64,000 nucleotides of DNA, from contig JAAOMT010000183.1 in the NCBI GenBank assembly GCA_016748015.1, forward strand, positions 379,313-443,312, read 5' to 3'. The translations under genes and the position numbers were made by a program. This DNA is from Geosiphon pyriformis uo1 (lineage: Eukaryota > Fungi > Glomeromycota). Each line of letters begins with the position of its first letter. Position 1 is the stretch's first letter. The notes beneath the pieces were generated by a model that was not told the DNA's origin, did no database searches, and was given only the letters and a program-made list of their open reading frames with translations. Shown here one piece after another: positions 1 through 14,400 of this stretch.

Positions 1-33
<33 letters not shown>

Positions 34-1276
34 AACTTTGTTTAACATTTAAATCATTGTGAAAAAAAAATTTTCAATTATTAAAAATTAAGAAATATCT
101 AAATCGAAATCAAAACCTTTTTGAACTAGTCCAAAGTTTCAAATTTTAATATGGTTAATAATAAAGTTAAAGAAATCTACCTTCATTACCTATTTTTAGG
201 TCATTAAGGAAAAAATTTATTAGAACTTTTTGAATTAGTGTTTCCATATAATAGAAAAATTTAAACATTAAAGATAATAGTTAACCTTATTAAAATCATT
301 ATTTTCAATTAAAAAGATAGTACAAATATTTTTAATATTTTGATTATTATCTATAAAATTATAATGAAAGGATTTTTAAAGATAAAATATACGATACTAG
401 ACTCATTAAAATTAAGTTGTTTCAAGATAATATTGTTTCTCTATTTTTTTAATTTTTGATAATGCTTTTTATGGTTATTAAAAACGTGATTTTTGTTATA
501 GTTGAAAAAAAAAACCCCCTCATTTATTATTGTTTTCAAAGTTTCAAGTCAAATGTCACATTAAAAATTTGTTTAAATAAATAATTTTTTGATCTTCCCA
601 AACAAATATACCAACAAAAGTTTATCTTTATTGTTTTTATTTTGTTATCTTATTATTTAATTTATTATTTTTTAAAAAATTTCTTTACCAATGATATGAC
701 TCTAAATTTTTTCTAATAATAAACGTTTAAGCCTCTTTGTCAAATAATCATAAATAGCGTAAAATTTATTTATTTATTTTGATTTGATTTAAATGAAAAT
801 TAAAATATTATCTTTCGTTTCAAACTATTTAAAAAATATTAATATTTCCCAATGAGTTTGTTTCAAGGTTTTTTCGTTTCATCTACATTTATCAAAATTT
901 AAATACATGGGTGACAACAAACATCCAATTTTGTCAAAAATCAAATGCGTGTATAACAGCTAAGTGATATTCTGATTTGGTTCTTTATTCGTACATATAT
1001 AACAAAATAATTAATTGTTCCGTCGGTCCGGTATATCTTATTTCCGATTTCAATTTCCGAATCTTGATATCAACAAAGGTGAATCAGCACGTTCATTCAA
1101 AGGTTATTTCGAGCGTAAATATATTTGAAAATGTTCTATTACTTTTTACTCACTTTCCTCCTTCAATATATGGATAATCCTCTGATAATATGCAAAAATA
1201 TGCAAAATATCGATCTAATTTCCAGATAAATCTTTTGATTTACCATTTTTCCCCTCTTTTTTATATGTTGCACAAA

Positions 1277-1470
1277 AATTCTAACCTGAAAAGTGCTTAC
1301 ATTGAAAATTTCTTTGCATATTTTTTTCAAAGATTTTATAATCTTTTTTTTGCTTAGAAAATTGAGTTACACATTACTGAAAGGTGTAACGAGTTCAGGT
1401 AATTCTAACCTGAAAAGTGCTTACATTGAAAGTTTCTTTGCATATTTTTTTCCAAGGTGTAACGAGTTTG
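1277..1470 (+). repeat. Local direct duplication (~55-bp unit at ~1277 and ~1401; aaggtgtaacgagtt at ~1381 and ~1455)
   Basis: aattctaacctgaaaagtgcttacattgaaaNtttctttgcatattttttt is present twice. Confidence 0.75.
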
Positions 1471-2701
1471 ATTATCAATTATTTCATAATTTTTTCTTTT
1501 TTGTCAAGATTCTTGTCAATAAATAATATTATTTATGTAAAGTATTTATTTAAAATTTTATATATATTAGGTTTAAAAAGATTGATTTCTCAAGAATTAA
1601 TTTTTAAAAAATATTTATTGTTTTAATCAAAAAATAAAATAATCTGTTTACATTCTTTATATATACATTAATTTTTGTTATTTTTTAACACTTGCTATTA
1701 TATAAAATAATAATAATAATAATAATAATTATACATATATATAATATTTATTTTTATTTATTTTAAAAATTATTTAATTTTAATAAAAATCAAGAAAAAT
1801 GATATAAATTTAAATTTAACAAAATATACAAAACATAATTATAATTCTAAAACAAAAAAATTAATTTTTTTATTGCTAAATATTTTATTTTACAGCTTTG
1901 AACGAGCTTTTTTTCATAATAATAATAATAATAATAATAATAATTAAATATAATTTTATAATTGATAATTCTTGTTCTTACATTTTTTAACAGTTTTCAA
2001 TTGTAAAAAATTTTAAAATTTATAAAACCAGTTTAAAATATTTAATTTTAATTCTCTATTAAAATTTAATTTTAATTGTCTATTAATTTTAGATTTAAAA
2101 TTATCAAAATTTGAAATTAAATAATATTTTTAAGTAAATAAGAAAATAATCAATTATTTTATTTATTTCATTAATTGATCTATTACAAATTTTTATTTCT
2201 ATTGCAAAATTTTTATAAAAACTATTAATACAAAAAATAATGTCATTTGAGCAAACCAAATTAAAATTAAATATATATTAAATATGTTTAATGGTTTAGT
2301 CTATATTTGATTTTTGCCAAGTTATCATAATCTTATGTGAGGATCTCTTAAAATCTAAATTTGGACGAACTGTCTTGCCTTTCGAAAGACTAATTAATAA
2401 TTTAGATATATATACATATGTAAATGTACAGGATTTTTCTATTTGTCTAATATTACAGAAAACGAGTTAAGATCATGGAATGATAAAAAAAAGATTGAAA
2501 CTGTGCATGAGAGAACGGGAAATCTTAAATATCATAAACGAAAAAAAGTCGAAAGAAAGAAATTGTTGAAGCTTATAAGACTTGAATTAAAACTTATCTG
2601 TGCTGGATTTTTCAGCTTTATGAGGAAGGGTCTTAATTTAAAAGTTATTTGATAATGAGTATAAAATTTCAACTTATTTCCCAAACCTTTTTGGGCTTTT
2701 T

Positions 2702-5700
2702 TTAATTGTCACCAAGCCATTCCATTAGCTTCTCTTTGAGTAGGGAAATCTTTAACGGTTGCGAGAGAATATCATTCATGCCACTCTCGAAACATTTATT
2801 TCGAGTGTACACACTCGCAGATGGAGTTAATCCAATAATAGGAATTTCAGATCCCATAGCACGAATAGCTTTAGTTGTGTCAAAGCCTGACATTATTGGC
2901 TATGAGAGAAAGGATTGGGGATTTCAATAAAGGTGCAAGAAACTTGGGTGAATGATCAATCAATCAGGCAAATGAACAAATTTACCATGTTGACATCCAT
3001 TAGGATTAACGCTACTCTGCTTTGTTTTTTGAGGATATCGGCAGAGTTGAAGGAGGTGCCGAGTTCTCCTTGCATAATGTTAACGGCTTCTTGGCCATTG
3101 GTAGCGCATAGCGTTTGGTAGCCTAATTTGCTGAGGTCACGTTGAGTGATCTAATTATGAAGGAAAATATATTCAAACACTTTTATTTTGGCATGCCAAA
3201 AAGAAAACCTTGGACAAACTGACCTTCAAATTAATGTTATTATATTGCTAAAAACCGAAATACACTTTATAATTGTAAGTCTGTATCAAAAATAAAAAAT
3301 CTGAATATATGAAAATCTACATACCACACACAAAATACACTTTGATTGTGAGACGTTTCGAGTTCGAGATTTAAAAGATAGCTCAGAACGGGTTGATTCA
3401 CTGATTTCACTAGGAGCGGGTCTCTTGCTCGATGGATTTGGTGATATTGATCTTGTCAATATTGTTGGTAGCTCTTCAAAGGAAAAATGGGTTGATAATA
3501 TAGTCGAATCCTCCTGCACCGTACTAATTTCAGTTTTATCGATTTCTTCGAGTTCAGCGTGTACATTTCTAATTATGGGAGACTCTGAGCTGCTATAAAA
3601 TTTTGGTCTATCATAATGATCAGAATCTTTCATACGAAATCGACTAAATGAAAATCCGAGCGGTTGGGGTTCATCCATCTTTGCTGAATAAAAAATTTCC
3701 ATATTTTCCAAACAATTTAATAATCGTCGCTGCATGATAGGCTTGCAAAGTGCTGCGGTATGGCCCCCGATTTTTTTAATTAATTCATTGCCTAGAGCAC
3801 GACCTTCCACTGACCAAAATACGAATAATCCGATAGCTAAGCTGTCTTTTCCACAAATGGATTGAAATTCTTTTGCAGTCGTTAATACTTGATCAGCATT
3901 TCTTTCACCAACATTAAAAAAAACTACATCGCATGGCGAGCAGCGGTATCGTTCATGCCAAGCTTTTGTGGCTATTACCGCCTTGGAGCCATCTTCAAAT
4001 GCCTCAACTTTTTGAACGCCTGAGCTAAGCATTGCTACCAAAGCAGATCGAGAGGTTTCAATCGGATCAATGACAACGATCTTCTTCGATTTTACTGTGG
4101 GTGGTATAACTAAAAGTCTTTCAATAGATGCCATTTGAGTAGATGATGTTGGAGACGTTCCATCAAATGCAAGAAATTCTAGATTCCAAGTGAACCAGAA
4201 GCGACTGCCTTTTACTAAATTACTCTCAACTCCTACATCGCCTCCGTTAATAGTTACTAAATATTTGCATATAGATAGACCTAAGCCAGTGCCTTCTTGG
4301 CACCTATGTATTGAGGGGTCACCTTGTGCAAAACTTTCCCAAATATCTTTAATGAAATTTGGATGGATTCTGACGAACATTATCAAAAGTTAATAGGATG
4401 TCAGTCACTAAAACCTCCCTTTAAAACATTAAAATTCAAATGCATTTTACCCGATTCCTGTATCAGTTAATTCAAACATTAAAGTTTGTTTTTGGAAAAT
4501 ATTCGGTTCGGCGGCCTTGACTTGAGCATTGCCAGATGGCATTAAAGAAATTTTAAGTGATATTTCTCCAGTCTCGGTAAATTTCACCCTAAAAAAGTCT
4601 TAACAATCTTTAATAAAGAAAACTATAAAATTCAATATCAATAAAGATTCAAAAACTTACGAGTTTGATAACAAGTTTATTATTATTTGTTGCAATCTGT
4701 AATTGACAAAGCCAAATTGATTTAAAATTTAATGTGATCAAATTTCAATCAAAAATCCATTTACCTTTCTGGATCGGATTTCACATATTTTGGCAATTCA
4801 TTCGGTTGCTCACAGAGCAACACTAATTCAATTTTTTTGCTACCAGCACGTTCGCCAAAAATTTCGACTGTTTTTTCCACGAGGTCAAATAAATCAAAGG
4901 TTCGATTTTTGAGGGTGACTTTGTGAGCTTCAAGTTTTGCCGCATCCAAAATATCATTTATAATGGAAAGAACTACATCAGAAGCATGAGTCATTATCTG
5001 AACCATATCCTTTTGATCAGGAGTGAGGCGTGTATCCTCGAAAGCAGATAAAACACCAATGATCGCCCCCAAAGGTGTGCGCAATTCTAAAAAGCGTTAG
5101 AATTCTTAGGACATTAATTTATTTGACGAGATTTTTGAAATTCTCTTTGAACATACCATGTGAAATGTTGGCGAGAATTTGACTTTTAGCCTTATTAATG
5201 GCTGTGGCCGCTTCCATTTGTATCTCACGTTTGAGTTTTTCTTCGGAAAGCTTGGAATGAGTAATGGCTAAACTGATTTGATTTGAAACCTGTTGCAGGA
5301 ACATTTTTTCAGAATCAGACCAGGTCTCGTCGGGTTTTCGATGAGCGAAAATCCAGCCCCAGAAAGAAGAATTCAGGCGAATAGCGACGGACACTGAGGA
5401 CACAGATTGATGAAGTATTTGGGAAAAATGATTTATGTGGCTTTTGATTTCAAGATCGAGAAAATCGCTCTTGATATCACCTCTATTTACGAGTGGAACT
5501 GATATGCCTTTTACCGGAGCTAATGGGTCAGGTACAAGTTGAGTAAAAGATGGCAAAAATGAAGAAAAAGGGCGGGTAGATGAATCAATCTCTGGTGATC
5601 CAGTCAATTGATCGGCCGATATTTCTTGATCGTCACCAACTGCTTCGCAAGGAACTTTTGTGCCCACTAAAGCCTGCATTTCTGGGTAATAAGCCGAAAC

Positions 5701-8700
5701 AGCTAAAATTTTGGCCAAGCCTTTATTTATTGGATCACTGACGATGATAAGTACCGAATGGCAATTGAGTATTTGATTGATTTCTTTAACTGCCATTGAT
5801 AAGATTTCTTGAATATTTAATCCGGATCGAATTTTATTGCTAATAGAAAATAGTAGCTGCTGCGTTTGATTTTGGTGTAAGTTTTGAGTGATCAGTGCAT
5901 GACGTAAATTGAAAAGTTTGATGTTAGCTCGTACACGAGCGATTAATTCACGTTTGTTAAAGGGCTTGATCAAATAATCATCAGCACCTTCATTCAGTCC
6001 TTAAAATTAACCCAAAATGGTTAGATATTAATGTGAAATTAAAAGGGTCTTGATTTATTACACACCTTCCACGCTCGCTTCTTCACCTGCTCTTGCGGAT
6101 AAGAAAATCACAAGAATGGTTCGAGTAGTTGGATCGGAGCGTAGAATTTTTAATAGCTCAAAGGCATTCATGTGGGGCATCATGATATCTGTTTTAGCCA
6201 AATTAGACCACATAAAATTTTCTTTTTAAGAAATTCCAAAAAATGTGACAACTTAAAAACGATATAATTGATAAATATACCGGTTAACACAAGATTTGGT
6301 TTGAATTCCCCCTCATTAATAATCGTTAGCGCATGAAGGCCATCACATGCACAACAAACCTCAAATTCGGTTTTGAGAATATTAGCGAGATAGTTTCTGA
6401 AGTGTAAGGTATTAGATTCCCGAGGAAAATCGGTTAGCAGGAAAACAAGGCCATACATGATAATTGTGATAAAAAATTTTAATTGCTACCTCATATCATT
6501 ATTATCCCCAACTATAAGAACTCTATAAAGTTCTTTTGGAGAGGCAATAGACAACGTCTTTAGGTATTCCATTGCTTTTTTGGGATCATCATCGTCTTCG
6601 AGTCTTGAGTGTAAATCATGGAATTCATGTTTCCTCACATTCCATTGTTGAGTTTCTTCTAAATATAAATCAATATTTTTGGGCAGCTGGTTGTCCCAAG
6701 ATGAGGTTATCTGAAGTTTGTCATTTGAGCTTAGCTCATTCTTGTTGATAACATAATTCTCAGGTAAATGATCGCTTCCGGTTGGGATCCAAATTTGAAA
6801 CGTAGTACCGACTCCGACTTGTGAAGTTACTTTAATATCTCCTCCATGTTTTTTTATTGATTCTTTGACAAAAGCAAGTCCAATGCCACCACCTTCATAA
6901 CTCCGTGATGATTGCGATTCAATTTGATAGAAATTTCGGAAAAGATTTTTAAGTTGTGATTTTGCAATTCCAACACCTTTCATACAAGAAATTTGAAATA
7001 TTAGGGAAAGTTCATTGGGTTATTAGAATTTATTAAAAAATCGCGTGAATAAAATAGAGAGCAAGAACCTGTATCGGTAAATTCAACAAAAATGACTTCA
7101 CCACTTTCATTTTTACCGGGGTAAAGACGTATAGTGACTCCTCCCTTCCATGTGTATTTAAAAGCGTTCGAGCCTATATTCAAGCAGAGATATGACAAAA
7201 GCTATAATTATTTTGAAGATATTGTAGCCACACAAATTTAAAGCTAGAAATAGAATCTTGCATAAATTGAGTATGATCTTTTCGTATAAGTCTAGATCAA
7301 GATAAACTTTGCGTTTTAATTGAATTTCTAAGACTTCATCGAGTGGTATGTCGATTTTAAACTTCAATCCAAATGATTCAGCCATGCTTTCAAAGTTGTA
7401 GGCCAACTCCCTGGTGAGCTTTGCGATATTTGTTTCGCGATAACGGACTGCCCCGTGGCCCGCTTCCATTTTTGAGAGCTTGAAAATTGGAAAGAGTTAG
7501 AATAATCATTGATTGATAAGAATATTATTGAATTGTGAATCACCCACCTGTAAAAGATTGTTCACCAATTTGAGCAACCGTCTGGCATTGCGTTGAATCA
7601 TTTGTAAATTGTAAATAATCGGAGATGCCGGTTTACACGCGGTGATGGTATCTTCAAGCGGAGCTAATATTAACGTCAGCGGGGCTAATAATTGAAAAGT
7701 CAAAATGTTTAAAATAGAAAACTAAAAAATAAACGTCAATATCCCATTATTACTTTTCAATTCATGACTAATATTTTGGAAGAACATGATCTTTTGACGA
7801 TTAAGATCAGCCAAGATTTTTGCTTGGTTTCTTTCTTCTTCACGTGATTTTCCGTTTGTTAGACTCAAGCTCATATGACGAACCACTAGCTGAGAAACAG
7901 AGGGAGCGAATATCAGAATGGAAAAATAGTTTTTGGTTGTTGAAAGCTCTTGCAGCTACAGACCTGGCAAAACCTCAAGTAATCTTGGTCAAACATGCGA
8001 TGTCGATTAAGCCCACATATTAGAACAGCAGTCATTATATTTTTGCCAGCGAAAGATATGGATACGGGAAAAAGGACTGCTTGAAATTCATCGGCAAATG
8101 TGATGCCAACATGATGATTGGTTCTGATTACTTTCTCTATAGGCCATGTAGTGAGATTGGACGAGAAAGGAAAATTATCAAGATTTGGTGACAGTATATT
8201 ATCTTTGACTGTCGATGATTCTGGTCGGGAAAGTTTTTGGGCGGTGTGACTAGTCTTTGATTCACTATTAACCTTTAGTGAATCTTCCATAGCATCAGTA
8301 ACATCAAGAATATCAGGTGTGTTGAGGAGATAATCAGGTAGAGTTCTTTTAGAATCCCCTAAAACGAATTTTATATCTTCAACTCCATCTTCATTAGATT
8401 GGGCGAGTAAATTTTCATCGAAGGTTGTCGCAGTTAAACGAACTTTATAGCCTTGATTTTTTTCATCCGTTTGATTTTTTTCGATAAGGTAAATCAAGGC
8501 ATATGGGATGTCAGCGGTATGAGCCCGAAGAACATTTGTGACCAAATGACAAGAACCTTCGACCGATTTCGCAACTTTATTGTGATGTAATTTAAATTTT
8601 GATTATGTTAAGGGTAAAGTATTTTCTATAGGTCCAATCAATTACATACCCGGAGTTCGATTTCCTAATTCGCCCAAAGTTTTGAGACGACGTACAGATA

Positions 8701-9712
8701 AGACCTTTTGTGTTGTTTCATAGCCTACAGAGATAAACCCGGCAAGTTCTTTATCATCGGGGAATACTGGGCTATAAGTAAAAGAAAAGTGGCACTCTTC
8801 ATTATATCCAGCCCTCGGCAAATAAATTATCATATCGTTCCAAAATATTCCTTTTCCCGTCAATGAAACCCTAATACATGTAATAAATCATATGGCGTTT
8901 AAAATTGAGATATTAAAAAATTTGAGAAATAAAAATGAATTTACCCCTCAAACATCGGTCCAAATTGCTGCCATTCATCCTGCCAAACTTCTTGTGCTGG
9001 TCTCCCCATTGCTGAAGGAAGAGAAATTGACAAATATCATTAGAAATTTGAACAATTCAATCCATAGTTGACATATTGACAAAAAAGAAATTTGAACAAA
9101 TGTAAAAAATGAGAGGCAAGAGATATTTCGCTTACCACGCGGGTGTTTATCCCCCAGGCAAGATCCAGCCTCTAAAAATTTCAATCAGGGAATAAAAATC
9201 ATCCTTTAATTGGAAGATTTAATTCATATTTTTCCAAACTGAGGGGGAATTTTTCAATACTTACCTTGATTATATATTGTCAATTTTTGAGGCCCAATGT
9301 ACAGTACAATAGGAATCATGCTGTCAAGACATAGTTTCTAAATGATAAACAAAATAGATAATTAAAATTTCTTTAGTCACAAAAATGTAATTAGTATTCA
9401 TTTTTAGTGATTTTGAATGAAGATGTTAGGGCCGAAATTTTCGGCCATTTGATTTCAATTGTCCCAATTGATGTGAATAATAACGATTGATTATTAATTT
9501 ATCTTCCTCAAAACCTTTTAGATTTCCAGGAGTTAAAGCTATTAATACCCCTATTTACGCACCACAATTGAAATCAAAGATTTAGGCCAGTTATCAATAC
9601 CACCTAGTTGTGTTGCTGACCAGTCGAAAGAATAGACATACTCGGCAACAGATAGTTCATCTTGATAAATATTTAAAATTTCCTCATTTGATTCACTTTT
9701 GCTTAAGGACAT
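2702..9712 (-). CDS. Dual hybrid histidine kinase, ~21 exons: PAS-like / GAF-like / HisKA-HATPase / REC / GAF / HisKA-HATPase / pseudo-REC / atypical REC
   Basis: Spliced manually from ATG 9712 (MSLSKSES...FDWSATQLGGIDNWPKSL) through in-phase GT-AG introns plus one GC-AG intron (7261-7174). H-box 1 FFQNISHELKTPL, N-box NLCSNAFKYT, G2 GGGIGL, REC1 VLTDIMMP...KPF. H-box 2 LANISHELRTPL, N-box NLLSNSVKFT, DTGIG, GTGLGL, terminal REC LILMDVNMP. Stop TAA at 2702-2704. Confidence 0.93.
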
Positions 9713-11819
9713 TTATGAATAGATTAATTAATTACTAAATAAATTTTTTTTTAATGTTTCAGATATTCATAGAAAAAAACGATTTTTTAAATAATTTAAT
9801 TAAAAGTAATTTACCGACTCTTTAAAATTGAAAAACTTTTTTACCAAATAAAGTTTTATTGGAATAATAATCTTCTGACCACAAACTTTTTTATTTTTTT
9901 AATAAATAGTCTGCAAAATGTTTTAAAGTGAAAGATATGCTTGTACCTTTAGGATTTACCAAAAACCTGCAAGAATTAAAGAGAAAAAAGGAGCATTTTT
10001 CATTTATGCATGGATACACAAATTAATGCATTTGTACTAACCGCGGGAAATACTGATTAATGCAAGATTGTATAATATTGTGTGGTCAATTTTTTTGGAA
10101 AGTAGTAATATTATAAAGTTTTTGGGAAAAGTTGCAATGTGTGAAATTTGAATGAAATTTTAAACAACGAGGTGTTAGCAAAACATATATAAGGAGAAAA
10201 ACCAAAGTAGCTTTCGAATTAGTGAAATTTATTCATGTGGAATAGCTTCCAATATTTACCATTTTCAAGAGTTGAAATTTTGCCAAAATTATTTAAATCT
10301 AGAAAAAATTAATTTGTCTTAAATCACAATCGCAATAAAAACGTATTTTGGGAACCTTTTATTTTTAATTATCGTTTTGAGAATCTTTATAAAACCTCTT
10401 TAACCCATTTTTAGAGTGACCCACACCGGTGGTCGAACATAAAAGATAATAAAACAAGTCGAGGAAAGCTAACCATAAAAATCCTAGACTTTATGTACAT
10501 GTATTAGATGAATTTTTAGTCATACGGAAAAGTCTATCCCAGACTATGTAATTTTAAGAGAGATGAGTAATTGAATTCTTTCCTCCACGAATTGTTAATT
10601 GTGAAGAAATTTGAATTAGAAAATTATTAAACGAAATAGCAAAGAGCAATGAAAAAAACAAAAATCGACAGATGAGAAGTAAAGTACAGAAATAAGTCAT
10701 TATCTAAAGACTTCCCCTCCCAAGATTGAATAGAATAATTAGCTCTAGTGATCAAAAACGGCTGATGGGGTGTTAAAATTTTCATTATTCTAATTGGATA
10801 TTCTTTGGTTATTGGATCAGCTCATGTAACTTCTCTATTAAAAATGAAAAATTCTTCAACAAAATCGATGACAAAAATATCATTGAGAAATTTATTTGGC
10901 TCCTATCATTTCGAACATGAAAATATTAGGTGCTTTGAATTCAAAGGTCATTATTTATCCTTTTTATATGCTTCTATTCGCCTTTTAGATTAGGATCAAT
11001 TTCTAGCTCATACCTATATTACACATGGTTCAAATTAATTTTTAGTTAGATATTTTTAAAAGTTTCAACAGAAATGTTGTTTCATGAATCCTAATTTCCC
11101 ATATTTCGGTTTGAACCCTTTTTAGGTATCGAATTTTTGAGTTAAAATTAAAAGCAGTGACATTTTTTAAAGTTGAACTATTTAATGAAAAAAAAAAACT
11201 TTTACAACCTAATCATCCTTTTCGATAATTATTTTTATGGACTTTTTAATTGCAAAATCAGAAAAGTTCAAAGTGATTCTACAATCAAAATCAAACGGGA
11301 AATTGATGTGATTTTACCAAGTGGTCATTCAGACCACAGTGAAAAAAAATATTGAAGCAATTTTGATATCATTTGATAAGAAAATTGCTCAAGAGAAGCC
11401 TCAGAGGAATACAATACTGTTGAAGAAATATCTTATTAAACCCCAAAAACGAATATTGGACAAACATATATATAATCGGTTTGAAAAATTCCCTGTTAAG
11501 AATATGAAGAAGATTGTCATGACTGAAATCTTGAAACATAACAAATAGCTACGATAAGGCCTTTAATGTGATCCATTGAAAAATTGCAAAAAACGTTCCA
11601 GAGGTATTTGACACGAAAAAATTAATATATAATGCACTGCCAGAACGCGAGGATATAAGTTGATTTCATTAATTGAAATATTGAAAATATTCTTTTCATT
11701 TATTTTTAAAAAATCTACAAAATTCAAAATTAGAAGTCTCCACTTTATAAATTTCTCATTCAACTCTTCAGTATTCTTTAAATCGTAACCCTCATACTTA
11801 AACAATTCACAATCAAATT

Positions 11820-12660
11820 CATAAGCTCTCATCTATTTTTGCCTTTCATCCTTCTCAGTTACCGCCCACAACTTTATGAAAAACTCTATGCTTATCATAA
11901 ATCCTACGATGGCCAATTTCAAATCACAACTGGCACTGGCGAAGTCCCTAAACCTTTTTCCTCCGAGACATACTTCATCTGCTTTACAGAACCAGACATC
12001 CTCTATTCAGTTGGAACAGTTGAGAATCTCTAAGCTTTTAAAGATTCTTCAGTCGATATGTTTACTGTAGCTGAAGCAGCTCATTGGATTGATATGCCCA
12101 AATTCTTTCAGGAAGCACATCGTGTCTTGAAACCAAATGGTACATTGGTAATTTAGGGATAGTCTTATATTATTCTAAAAGATTATCCAAAGACTACGGA
12201 ACTGATTGCCAGTATATGGTAGATGAGAATCGCCTGGCTGCTTATTGGATCCTAATGGACGACCATTACTGAGTGGTTTGTATAAAGATAAAAATTCCTA
12301 GAGCTGTTCATCAATGTCCAATGAGAATTTTATCCTGAGGTAAAAAAATTAGCTATGGGAATCCTAGGCATAAGTTGCAACAGGCTACAGAACCAATCAT
12401 AGAATATGAATTTACACTTGAAAAATTGAAAAAATATTTGAAGGTAAAAAAGTATTTGGATGTAAATTTAAGTTGAGAAACGAAAATATTGAGCAAAGTT
12501 ATTATTATGAAAACTTGGAGGTGCTATACAAATTTCATGCAAAAGAATCCCGGGGCAAAAGATCCTTTTGATAAATTAATTCAGCTGTATAAGACTGAAG
12601 GATGAAAAGAGGATCAGGTGTTGTGTGCCCACCATGCTAATTTTTGCAGAAAATAAATTG
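11820..12660 (+). pseudogene. Class I SAM-dependent methyltransferase (Methyltransf_11, Tmt1/Crg1-like) pseudogene
   Basis: YRPQLYEKLYAYH...TGTG, then DSSVDMFTVAEAAHWIDMPKFFQEAHRVLKPNGTLVI*G*SY. Contains in-frame TAG stops, frameshifts and apparent deletions. Confidence 0.8.
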
Positions 12661-13434
12661 CAAACTGTTGAAACTAAAATTTTAATGTTTTAACAACTAT
12701 TTCCTCAAAATGATTGATAAAAATTGCTTAAATCGGGCATTACTTTCTAAAGGCGACTGTACATTATAAGTGCCTAGAAAATTCTAACCATATTAGTAAA
12801 ATAAAATGTAAAAGTTTTCACAATTTCTTGTTTATTATTTTTTTCAACATTTAAACATACATTGGACAAAATTATATTTGGCGGAAATATGACACATACC
12901 TGTGCGCAGTAACTAACATTGATAAGGGCAAAATACTAGCTCTTATCAAAATTATGAGTGCTGAGAAAGTTGCGAAGGAAATAAAGCACGACCCCACAAC
13001 AACACGACAGTTAGAACGATACTTCATAATGCAAGAATTTGATTTAATATAGCAGCAAAAAAGTCATTGGTTTCAGAAAATCAAGCGAAGAAAATATCAC
13101 CAAAAATATATATCATTGGTGCCATGTCATTTTTTCCAACTTTCAAGAGTGGTTAGAGCTCGGGTAATGGTTTGGGGATGTTTCGTGAAGGTCTGTTAAT
13201 ATTTTTTGACAAAGAAAAAATTAATATTCCAAGGTTCTTGAGAAAAATCTTTGACTATTTTACAAAACAGTGCGTTCACTAATGAATCAATTCAATAATG
13301 CATTGCCGTGACAAAGTGAACTGATGACGTCACACACAGTGGCTCGGTGATTTGAAAAAAAATTCCCTGATATGCTGATGAATTTACTTTTTTTAACTCC
13401 CCCTTTCATGGTGCATAATTTTTCGCGCTCAAAC

Positions 13435-14400
13435 ATGTCAACATTCTTTGACAAACCCTCAGATAATTGGGCATATGATGCTATTGCAGCAAATTATTCC
13501 ATCGATAACAACATTAGTCACGTCCTCCTAAATATTAAAAAGGATCTTAAGCGACGTGTCGAGATTCAAGATCGCGACACCGCGCAAGTAAAATGGATTC
13601 TGAAGTCTGACTGGCAGGTTTGTTAACCAATAATGTGAATTTAGAATAGTATCCCTTTGGGCTTCGTGACATCTAGCTGGATTATTCCGTATCGCCCAAT
13701 GATGATCCGTTCCGATGTCTTTTAAGCAGCTAGTTGCCGCTGCCTATTACTGGACACATTGGTTCATTCCTGTATCATTATTGAATAGCCTTGTTGCTTG
13801 TCAGTATGTCGCTTCTAAGCATATCTTGTTCGTCGATTTAAAAAACTTACTTTATTTCAGATACTTGATTTCTCTCCAACAAGAAAAAGACCCTCCACTC
13901 CTTTACCGATTTCACAGCCATCATCACCATTCCGAATGACCAATATTCTCTTTGAAAAAGATGATGAATTGGACATGGTGACTGGAATTGTGCTGTTTGA
14001 CTGCCCAGTTATCATCAATGATGTGGTAGAACTGCAGTTAGAATCTCTACCTCGACAAGAATCCAGGTGGCTTATAAATGAGATTGATGTTTCGGAAAAA
14101 TGGCATCAATTTAAAGAGAAATTGTTGAAGCCAGTGATGAAGAGGGGTGTTTTTGTAGAAAGCCATGTACAGCAAATATTGTATGTTTCAATTTCTTTGT
14201 TTTGCTACTTCATTATAAAGTTAGATTGCAATTGTTTTATTATGTAGGTTCTTGTTTTGTTAAAACCAAAACAACATTATCCACTAATGGTGGAAATTTT
14301 CAGTGCAGAATTATTAGAAATGATGTACAAAAACATGTTGCAAAAATTCATACAGAATTTAATTTCAAAATTTTTACAAAGTTTATGTAAATTGTTCAAA
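13435..14400 (+). pseudogene. Truncated 3-exon fragment of a hypothetical protein gene
   Basis: ATG 13435; exon 1 (to 13617) splices in frame to exon 2 (13861-~14180). Exon 3 (LLKPKQHYPLMVEIF) is out of frame and runs into AT-rich DNA. Confidence 0.45.

Noticed and set aside
1-30. Poly-T as a retroelement tail
   Set aside because: It is at the window edge with no recognisable adjacent element.
2706-8023. Short + strand ORFs overlapping the kinase (similar ones overlap the peptidase and pol genes)
   Set aside because: Antisense shadows of real exons with no independent motifs.
2702-9712. Bacterial or endosymbiont contig, or recent HGT of the kinase
   Set aside because: About 20 spliceosomal introns and fungal TE context; any bacterial origin must be ancient.
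10400-11830. Short ORFs upstream of the kinase
   Set aside because: No recognisable motifs or consistent splice structure.
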